A stretch of DNA of 15,177 bases from Thermodesulfobacteriota bacterium (GTDB lineage Bacteria > Desulfobacterota_D > UBA1144), in assembly GCA_029246845.1 (NCBI GenBank), contig JAQWMJ010000054.1, forward strand, positions 1 through 15,177, in the 5' to 3' direction. This document shows positions 8,733-15,177 of this stretch, one piece after another (position 1 is the first letter of the stretch; every line of letters begins with the position of its first letter). The position numbers and the translations under genes were made by a program. The notes below the pieces were generated by a model. That model was not told where the DNA came from. It worked only from the letters and a program-made list of their open reading frames with translations, and did no database searches.

Positions 8733-9764
8733 ATGAATATTATTAATAAAGTCTTATTAACTTTAGTTCTACTTTTAGGGATGAACATGAACTTACTTGC
8801 TGGTGGAGATCCTTCAGAAATAGTTATGAAAACTAGAGCAGATTCCCATGCTCCGATTTCTATTATGGGTGACCATACACATAAGGAAGGACAAGTAATG
8901 TTTTCGTATAGATATATGACAATGGGTATGGATGGATACCAATCAGGCTCTTCTTCTTCGAACTATACAAAGGCTAGAACTAAACCATTAGGCGGCAATT
9001 ATATGACAGTGCCAGAAGAGATGACTATGAATATGCACATGATAGGTGCCATGTATGCTCCATCAGATGATATAACTTTGATGATAATGGGTAGCTATTT
9101 AGATAGTGAAATGAAAGTTAAAAAACATTCTAATAAAAAGAAAAAAACTTTAGAATCTAGTGGAAATGGAGATACTAAAGTATCTATACTTAAAAATCTG
9201 GCTCATAATGATAACGCCAAACTTCATGCTTCTTTAGGTCTTAGTTTGCCAACAGGGTCAATTTCAAAAAAGGATATTATGTTTGGATCAAAGGAAGAGA
9301 CCTTAGGTTACAATATGCAATTGGGATCTGGAACCTATGACGCCTTACCTGGATTGACTTACGTATATTTTGAAGATAATTATTCTTACGGCACTCAAAT
9401 ATCAAGTGTTTTAAGGATTGGTAAGAACTCTAAAGACTATGCTCTAGGAAATATATATAAAAGTAATATTTGGTTTGTTATACCTTTTAATGACAAACAA
9501 ACCTCCTTTTCTATTGCTTCACAATTTAAATTTCAAGGTAAAATTAAAGGGAACCATAAAGACATTAAGACTATAATGAGTTTTGCTCAAGATAGAGATT
9601 CCTCTGGAAGTAAAAGAATTGATATTTCCATAGGTGCTAATCATATTTTCCCTAATAAAATAAGGGCTAGTGTTGAGTATATAATGCCAATATATAATGA
9701 TGTTAACTCTGTTCAGCTTGATTCAGAAAATGCTCTAATGTTTGGCTTAGGATTCGCATACTAA
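8733..9764 (+). CDS. Met/His-rich outer-membrane beta-barrel 'transporter' (MetA-pathway/phenol-degradation-like porin family)
   Basis: GGAGA RBS before ATG 8733, signal peptide, motifs RADSHAPISIMGDHTHKEG, GNGDTKV, LGLSLPTG and MQLGSGTYD, and an aromatic C-terminus (GLGFAY). Confidence 0.75.
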   Translation: MNIINKVLLTLVLLLGMNMNLLAGGDPSEIVMKTRADSHAPISIMGDHTHKEGQVMFSYRYMTMGMDGYQSGSSSSNYTKARTKPLGGNYMTVPEEMTMNMHMIGAMYAPSDDITLMIMGSYLDSEMKVKKHSNKKKKTLESSGNGDTKVSILKNLAHNDNAKLHASLGLSLPTGSISKKDIMFGSKEETLGYNMQLGSGTYDALPGLTYVYFEDNYSYGTQISSVLRIGKNSKDYALGNIYKSNIWFVIPFNDKQTSFSIASQFKFQGKIKGNHKDIKTIMSFAQDRDSSGSKRIDISIGANHIFPNKIRASVEYIMPIYNDVNSVQLDSENALMFGLGFAY

Positions 9765-9826
9765 TTTATCAATTTGTTAATATTTGTAAAATGTCCAGTA
9801 CTGAGTGTTCTGTTCTATAATTATCC

Positions 9827-9855
9827 TTGACAATTTTTTGTATAAGTGATATTAA
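9827..9855 (+). promoter_or_regulatory. Putative sigma70 promoter
   Basis: Perfect TTGACA (9827-9832), 17-nt spacer, then TG-n-TATTAA (9847-9855; the -10 is imperfect). The predicted start near 9862 lies just before the pseudoknot array. Confidence 0.5.
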
Positions 9856-9863
9856 TTCTATAT

Positions 9864-9990
9864 ACCATAGATCATGGTTTAAAAGATCCTCATGGAACAT
9901 GAGTGAAAAGTTCTCCATAAGTCATGGGAACAAGACTCGCATAGAACATGCGTTAAAAGTTCAAATATTTCTCCAAAGGGGGTATTTGAA
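9864..9990 (+). ncRNA. Putative structured RNA leader: four tandem H-type pseudoknots plus an RBS-sequestering hairpin
   Basis: Units ACCAT-A-GATC-ATGGT-TTAAAA-GATC / CTCAT-G-GAAC-ATGAG-TGAAAA-GTTC / TCCAT-A-AGTC-ATGGG-AACAA-GACT / CGCAT-A-GAAC-ATGCG-TTAAAA-GTTC, with compensatory changes in both stems. A hairpin TTCAAATA...TATTTGAA follows at 9960-9990. Confidence 0.65.
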
Positions 9991-9991
9991 T

Positions 9992-10213
9992 ATGAAACTT
10001 TTGTTAAAGAGGCAGGTTAGAGTCAATGTAGCCAGCAAGGCTAATCTAGTTAATAAAGCTAGGGTGGCTAATATGCTTAAGGTCGCAACTGATTCAAGAA
10101 AACCAGCAAATTCAAAATTTATTCATCTTTCTGCTATAAAAGCTTACCAGCGTCAAAAAGCTTGGAAGTTAAATGTTAGAAAGATCTCTAAAATTCAGTT
10201 TGCTTTAGTTTAA
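9992..10213 (+). CDS. Hypothetical small highly basic protein (73 aa)
   Basis: AAGGGGG RBS 9 nt before ATG 9992. It has 18 K/R and a single acidic residue, and is followed by a terminator-like hairpin. I recognise no family. Confidence 0.5.
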   Translation: MKLLLKRQVRVNVASKANLVNKARVANMLKVATDSRKPANSKFIHLSAIKAYQRQKAWKLNVRKISKIQFALV

Positions 10214-10231
10214 TATAAGCATGGATTATGT

Positions 10232-10275
10232 GCAGGGGGTTTTAACTTTGAAATTTCCTGCCATTTGAATTTTAT
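10232..10275 (+). terminator. Probable terminator-like hairpin
   Basis: GCAGGGGGTTTTA...TGAAATTTCCTGC (10232-10261) pairs with several G-U wobbles on the + strand and is followed by a T-rich tract. Confidence 0.5.
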
Positions 10276-10311
10276 ATTTACTTTCTTCACACTAGCTTTT
10301 ACATTTGTATC

Positions 10312-11595
10312 ATGAGAAATGAACTTAAGGTCCTATTAGCCAATGTATCTTTAATTTCTTCAATTGCGACACTAGTATATGTTTACTTTAAAAATTTCCT
10401 ACCAAAATCAAAGATAAGATTGGAATATGTACTTTTCTCCCTTCCGCTTACTTGGGCTATTATTTCAAATATTTTATATATTAATGGTTGGGCAAGAGAC
10501 AGTCTTTGGGACATTAACGTAGTTTATTGTGCCGACTTAGCATATTCTCTTGGGGCTAGCCCTCAAACCGATTGGTTTGTTAATGCATCATGTCAGGAGT
10601 CTATTCCATTACAGTTTACATACCTAAAACTACTATTAGATATAGTTCCCTTTTCACTTTTTGAATATGACTTCTTTGAAAAAGTTTGGGTGATATTTCT
10701 TGGACTATCCGCATTAGGTTATGGATTTATATCAAAGAAGCTATTTGAATTAGAAATAAATTATTTTTTCATTTTGGTATTTATTCTAATAGCTTATCAG
10801 GGATCAAATATTGTATCTCTTCAGGCTGGGAACATAGCCGTACCAATCTACTTACTAGTATTTTTTGGAATTCTTTTATTAAAGCATGACAAGTACCAGA
10901 TAATTTTCTTCCCTATAGTCGCCTTTGCGACTTTCTTAAAATTTCATTTGGCCTTATTCCTCCTTATACCATTTATGGTTCAGAAATTTTTCAATTTCAA
11001 AGGATATGTTTTATTCTCCATAACTCTCTCTTCTTTATTTGGATTAAATTATTTGCTACATGGACCATTTATTAATGAATGGCTTGTTAATCTGAAGTAT
11101 GTCGATATGGGCTTAGCACCGATCTTTGCGGAAATGGATTTCTTAAAATCTTTATGGACCACCAATGGTGAGGCTGCAATGTCCAAGGTTCAGTTTAATG
11201 CTTTATGTAAAATTTTTATATTCCCCTTCTTCTTTTTAAATCTAATTTTCTTTAGAAAGTATTTGATTAATAAAGTCTCAGATAAAGAATTCTTCAATGT
11301 ACTCTTGATACTATCAACATTTGTTTTTGTTTTAGTACTACCAAGACTTAAAGTCTATGATTTTTTTATTATATCTTGTGTCTCAATAAAAATTTATTTG
11401 GACTCAATTGATACTATAGTTAGTAAAGATTTTTTACTAAAAATGATATCAATTTTAATTATTATTTTATTTTATTTGTCATCTATCTACTGGAGACCTC
11501 AATGGGACCTTACAAATATTAGCTATTATTATGTATTATCTATTTACTTTCTATATCAAGCTATGGTTATTAGAAAGATAAAGGTAAAATATTAA
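10312..11595 (+). CDS. Polytopic membrane protein, GT-C fold glycosyltransferase family 87 (DUF2029)-like
   Basis: About 10 or more hydrophobic segments, an early periplasmic loop with Asp (WDINVVY), FTY, SLQAGNI and the FATFLKF Lys motif typical of GT87. Confidence 0.6.
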   Translation: MRNELKVLLANVSLISSIATLVYVYFKNFLPKSKIRLEYVLFSLPLTWAIISNILYINGWARDSLWDINVVYCADLAYSLGASPQTDWFVNASCQESIPLQFTYLKLLLDIVPFSLFEYDFFEKVWVIFLGLSALGYGFISKKLFELEINYFFILVFILIAYQGSNIVSLQAGNIAVPIYLLVFFGILLLKHDKYQIIFFPIVAFATFLKFHLALFLLIPFMVQKFFNFKGYVLFSITLSSLFGLNYLLHGPFINEWLVNLKYVDMGLAPIFAEMDFLKSLWTTNGEAAMSKVQFNALCKIFIFPFFFLNLIFFRKYLINKVSDKEFFNVLLILSTFVFVLVLPRLKVYDFFIISCVSIKIYLDSIDTIVSKDFLLKMISILIIILFYLSSIYWRPQWDLTNISYYYVLSIYFLYQAMVIRKIKVKY

Positions 11596-11608
11596 TAAGA
11601 GGTCAAGA

Positions 11609-12094
11609 ATGAGCATAGAAGCAAAATTTGAGAAAAGATTAAGCATTTTACAAGTTGAAGAGTCACAAAGTTTTGCTCCTAAATTTGATGATAATGGATT
11701 GATACCTGTTGTTACTACCGACTATAAGAGCGGTGAAGTCTTAATGCAAGGTTATTTGAATTCTGAATCTTTTGCTATGACACTAGAGCTGGGGGAAGCG
11801 GTATATTACTCTAGAAGTAGAAAGCAGATTTGGCATAAAGGAAAAACCAGCGGATTAGTTCAGACTATAAGAGAAATAAGGATTGATGATGATCAAGACT
11901 GTGTTTGGTTAAAAGTAGATGTAGATGGTGGAGCTAGCTGCCATGTTGGATATAGGTCTTGTTTCTATAGAAGCATACCTTTTGGAAAAAACTTAGATAA
12001 ATCCAAAAGGATTGAATTAAAGTTTGAAGAAAAGGAAAAAGTATTTGATCCTCAGAAGGTTTATGGAGATTCACCTAATCCAACAAAATTATGA
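11609..12094 (+). CDS. hisI: Phosphoribosyl-AMP cyclohydrolase
   Basis: Motifs KFDDNGLIPVV, YYSRSRKQIWHKGKTSG, IDDDQD and ASCHVGYRSCFY; AGAGG RBS. Confidence 0.95.
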   Translation: MSIEAKFEKRLSILQVEESQSFAPKFDDNGLIPVVTTDYKSGEVLMQGYLNSESFAMTLELGEAVYYSRSRKQIWHKGKTSGLVQTIREIRIDDDQDCVWLKVDVDGGASCHVGYRSCFYRSIPFGKNLDKSKRIELKFEEKEKVFDPQKVYGDSPNPTKL

Positions 12095-12594
12095 ATTTAG
12101 AAAAGTTCTTCTCTCCTAGAATTTTAAATCTAAGCTTAATTTGTATTTTAGCCTTGGCTCTTGCAACTTCTTTTTTTTATCAGTTCTTTTTTAACTTTAC
12201 ACCCTGCTTCTTGTGTACATTGCAAAGAGTATGTTTTTTCATTCTTCTTATATCCTTAAGTGTAAAGTTTGCTAAGAACTCTAAAAGCTTATTCTTAAAT
12301 ATAGTACTTATTTCATTTAATTTTCTAGGTATATTCTTCAGTTCTAGACAAGTTATATTGCAAAATAAAGTTCTAAGTGAAAACTCTCTTTTTTTGTGTT
12401 CTCCTAACCTTGATACTAATTTTAATTCATCATCTTTGGGTGATTTTATCTCACAGCTGTTCTCTTCTGAAGGTAGTTGTGCAGATATTTCCTCAACTCT
12501 TTTTGGTATATCTTTTGCAGCTTGGTCTTTATTTATCTTTTTATTATCTCTAGTGTTTGTTTTATTAATAGTTCTCAAAGAAAGAAAAAATTAA
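12091..12594 (+). CDS. dsbB: Disulfide bond formation protein B
   Basis: PCFLCTLQR motif, four transmembrane helices and a second Cys pair in the periplasmic loop (LCSPN...GSCAD...FGISFAAWS). ATGA overlap with hisI. Confidence 0.85.
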   Translation: MNLEKFFSPRILNLSLICILALALATSFFYQFFFNFTPCFLCTLQRVCFFILLISLSVKFAKNSKSLFLNIVLISFNFLGIFFSSRQVILQNKVLSENSLFLCSPNLDTNFNSSSLGDFISQLFSSEGSCADISSTLFGISFAAWSLFIFLLSLVFVLLIVLKERKN

Positions 12595-12626
12595 CTATTT
12601 CGCTAACTTGATACTCGCCCAATAAT

Positions 12627-12643
12627 ATGAGACACTGTCTCAT
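12627..12643. promoter_or_regulatory. Perfect 8-1-8 palindrome ATGAGACA-C-TGTCTCAT; candidate Fur/Mur-family operator of the sit operon
   Basis: An exact inverted repeat over the sitA start region. The TGAGA-N5-TCTCA core resembles Fur-family 7-1-7 boxes. TTGATA lies at 12608-12613. Confidence 0.6.
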
Positions 12644-13550
12644 GATTAAATTTTGTAGGCATGTAACATTAATGTTTCTATTTTTTGTATTATCAGGTGT
12701 AACATTTGCTCCATTTGCAAAAGAAAAGTTTAAAGTTGTTACAACTTTTACTATTTTTGCGGATATGGCTAGGAATGTTGCTGGTGATAAAGCTGAGATA
12801 GTCTCAATCACTAAACCCGGGGCAGATATTCATACCTACCAACCAACACCAAGAGATATTCTAAAAGCTGAAAAAGCTGATTTAATTCTTTGGAATGGTT
12901 TAAACTTAGAGCTTTGGTTTGAAAAGTTTTTTCAGAATATTGATTCTACACCATCCGTCATATTAACTAAAGGGATAGTCCCAATGGGTATTAGTGAAGG
13001 TTCTTATAAAGGTAAGCCAAATCCTCATGCATGGATGTCTCCTAATGATGGATTGATCTATGTAGAAAATATTAGAGCTGCTCTTGTAAAATATGATCCA
13101 GAAAACACATTAACTTATAATAAAAATGCTAAAGAATATTCTAGGAAGCTTAATTCTGCAATTCTACCAATTAGGAATAAGTTCTCCACTATACCAAGCG
13201 AAAGACGGTGGCTAGTAACCAGCGAAGGTGCCTTCAGTTATTTAATTAGAGATTTTGGCCTTAGAGAGTTGTATTTGTGGCCTATGAACTCAGACAGTCA
13301 AGGTACCCCGAGCCAAGTTAGAAATGTTATAGATAAAGTAAGAGAAAATAATATTAGTGTAATTTTTAGTGAGAGTACAATTTCGCCAAAACCTGCCCAG
13401 CAAGTAGCCAAAGAAGCTGATATAAGCTATGGGGGTGTTTTATATGTCGACTCATTAAGCCTTAAAGATGGTCCAGTTCCAACATATCTTGATCTTTTGA
13501 GAGTAACTACCGAAAGAATTGTAGATGGTTTAAAAGGAAGTCTTGAGTAG
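12642..13550 (+). CDS. sitA: Mn/Fe ABC transporter substrate-binding protein (SitA/YfeA/MntC family); start uncertain (12627 or 12642)
   Basis: Motifs KVVTTFTIFADMARNVAG, GADIHTYQPTP, NGLNLE, PNPHAWMS, VTSEGAFSY and LYVDSL (His/His/Glu/Asp ligand set). Confidence 0.93.
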   Translation: MIKFCRHVTLMFLFFVLSGVTFAPFAKEKFKVVTTFTIFADMARNVAGDKAEIVSITKPGADIHTYQPTPRDILKAEKADLILWNGLNLELWFEKFFQNIDSTPSVILTKGIVPMGISEGSYKGKPNPHAWMSPNDGLIYVENIRAALVKYDPENTLTYNKNAKEYSRKLNSAILPIRNKFSTIPSERRWLVTSEGAFSYLIRDFGLRELYLWPMNSDSQGTPSQVRNVIDKVRENNISVIFSESTISPKPAQQVAKEADISYGGVLYVDSLSLKDGPVPTYLDLLRVTTERIVDGLKGSLE

Positions 13551-13555
13551 TTTAG

Positions 13556-14422
13556 ATGTATAATTCCGTTTCAGGAGCGAACTCTTTAGAGGTTAACAAT
13601 GTTGAAGTTGTTTATAATAATGGCCATACGGCATTATCTAACGTAACTTTCAATTTAGACAAAGGAGTGATTGCTGCATTAGTTGGGATCAATGGTAGCG
13701 GTAAATCTACTTTGTTTAAAGCCATTATGGGCTTTGTACCATTAAAAATTGGCACTATAAAATTATTAGGTTTAAATATTGATTCAGCCTTAAAGAAAAA
13801 TCTAATAGCTTATGTTCCTCAAAATGAAGAAATTGATTGGGATTTTCCTATTCTTGTTGAAGACGTAGTTATGATGGGAAGATATGGTCATATGAGTTGG
13901 CTAAGAATTCCAAAGGAAAACGATTTTAATTTAGTAAGGGAGTCGCTAGATAGGGTAGGTATGCAAAGTTATTCTAAAAGACAAATAGGCGAACTTTCAG
14001 GGGGTCAAAAGAAGAGAGTTTTTCTTGCAAGAGCGCTAGCTCAAAAAAGTGAAGTTATTCTTCTTGATGAACCTTTTACAGGGATAGATGTAAAGTCAGA
14101 AGAAGAAATAGTTTTATTATTATCGAATTTAAGAGATGAAGGTAAAGTGATACTAATTGCTACACATAATTTAGGAAGTGTTCCTGAATTCTGTGATCAA
14201 AGTATATTAATTAATCAAACTATAATAGCTTCTGGTCCAACAGATATTGTTTTTACACAATCAAATTTGGAGCTGACTTTTGGTGGAGCTTTAAGGGAAT
14301 TCATCCTTCCTGGAAAAGATATTCATACTGACAAAGACGATAGGGGCGTCACTGTATTGACAGATGACGAAAGACCATTGGTCTTCTATGATAAAGCTGA
14401 AAATAAAAAGAGTGAAAAATGA
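13556..14422 (+). CDS. sitB: Mn/Fe ABC transporter ATP-binding protein (SitB/YfeB)
   Basis: Walker [10 protein letters not shown], signature [17 protein letters not shown], Walker B LLDEPFTG and the SitB-type C-terminus [13 protein letters not shown]. Confidence 0.95.
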   Translation: MYNSVSGANSLEVNNVEVVYNNGHTALSNVTFNLDKGVIAALVGINGSGKSTLFKAIMGFVPLKIGTIKLLGLNIDSALKKNLIAYVPQNEEIDWDFPILVEDVVMMGRYGHMSWLRIPKENDFNLVRESLDRVGMQSYSKRQIGELSGGQKKRVFLARALAQKSEVILLDEPFTGIDVKSEEEIVLLLSNLRDEGKVILIATHNLGSVPEFCDQSILINQTIIASGPTDIVFTQSNLELTFGGALREFILPGKDIHTDKDDRGVTVLTDDERPLVFYDKAENKKSEK

Positions 14423-15177
14423 TTGATCTACTAATGGAACCTTTTGCTTACGAATATATGAACAGGGCTATTTGGATGAGTACATTAGTTGGAGGGCTTT
14501 GCGCCTTCCTTTCTTCATATCTAATGTTGAAGGGCTGGTCTCTGATGGGTGATGCACTTTCCCATGCAGTAGTACCAGGTGTTGCCGGAGCATATATCCT
14601 AGGACTTCCATTCTCTTTGGGTGCTTTTTTGTCTGGTTCTTTGGCGGCATTTACAATGTTGTTTCTAAATAAAAAAACAAAATTAAAAGAAGATGCAATT
14701 ATTGGGATAATCTTTACATCTTTTTTTGCGCTTGGACTTTTTATAGTTTCACTAAATCCCACTTCAGTTGATGTGCAAAAGATAATTCTTGGAAATATCC
14801 TAGCTATTACAGATTTTGATACTCTACAGCTAGTTCTGGTTTCATTGATTTCTTTTATAGTTCTAATTTTAAAATGGAAAGAATTTATGATTGTTTTCTT
14901 CGATGAAGTTCATGCTAAGTCGGTCGGGATTGACTCCTATAAGATAAAGATTCTATTCTTTACTCTTCTCAGTGTTGCCACTGTATCCGCATTGCAAACC
15001 GTAGGTGCTTTTCTTGTTATAGCCTTAGTAGTGACCCCGGGAGCAACAGCTTATTTAATAACAAATAGATTTTCGACATTGATAATATTAAGTATCTCTA
15101 TAGGTTCGGTAACATCGTTTTGCGGATCCTATTTAAGTTATTTTATTGATGGTGCAACCGGGGGAGTTATTGTTCTA
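14419..15177 (+). CDS. sitC: Mn/Fe ABC transporter permease (SitC/YfeC), 3'-truncated; absent from the ORF track
   Basis: ATGA overlap at 14419-14422. It translates [54 protein letters not shown]... and stays open to the window end. Confidence 0.93.
   Translation, partial: MIDLLMEPFAYEYMNRAIWMSTLVGGLCAFLSSYLMLKGWSLMGDALSHAVVPGVAGAYILGLPFSLGAFLSGSLAAFTMLFLNKKTKLKEDAIIGIIFTSFFALGLFIVSLNPTSVDVQKIILGNILAITDFDTLQLVLVSLISFIVLILKWKEFMIVFFDEVHAKSVGIDSYKIKILFFTLLSVATVSALQTVGAFLVIALVVTPGATAYLITNRFSTLIILSISIGSVTSFCGSYLSYFIDGATGGVIVL

Noticed and set aside
9864..9962. CRISPR array or CsrB/RsmZ-type sRNA
   Set aside because: There are no spacers, the units are not identical and no cas genes are present. 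Only one unit has a canonical ANGGA, and the loops covary with a downstream strand instead of conserving GGA.
9827..9991. 128-aa version of the ORF starting at TTG 9827
   Set aside because: The TTG is part of the TTGACA -35 element and has no RBS. ATG 9992 has a good RBS.
400..14762. Overlapping short ORFs (400-594, 2550-2795, 3129-3311, 3249-3506, 5741-5980, 6317-6568, 7272-7487, 7841-8026, 7932-8330, 12180-12578, 12575-12811, 14448-14762, 14468-14650)
   Set aside because: These are shadow frames of well-supported genes and carry no recognisable motifs.

Overview
AT-rich bacterial window, probably from a streamlined marine proteobacterium (inference). Bases 1-7016 hold a probable type Vb (two-partner) secretion operon: the 3' end of a large Gly/Ser/Thr-rich beta-strand-repeat exoprotein with no barrel of its own, a secreted TPR protein, a lipoprotein S8 subtilase with a C-terminal barrel-like domain, a PrcB-like lipoprotein and a ShlB/FhaC/HecB (TpsB) transporter. 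Next come a small membrane protein, a cytochrome c, a MORN-repeat protein and a Met/His-rich outer-membrane barrel. The most unusual element is at 9864-9990: four directly abutting 24-25-nt units that can each fold into an H-type pseudoknot with compensatory base changes, followed by a hairpin that covers the ribosome-binding site of a 73-aa highly basic orphan ORF. The right end carries a GT87-like glycosyltransferase, a Cys->Asp variant hisI, dsbB and a sitABC-type Mn/Fe ABC transporter with a perfect 8-1-8 palindrome over its start.
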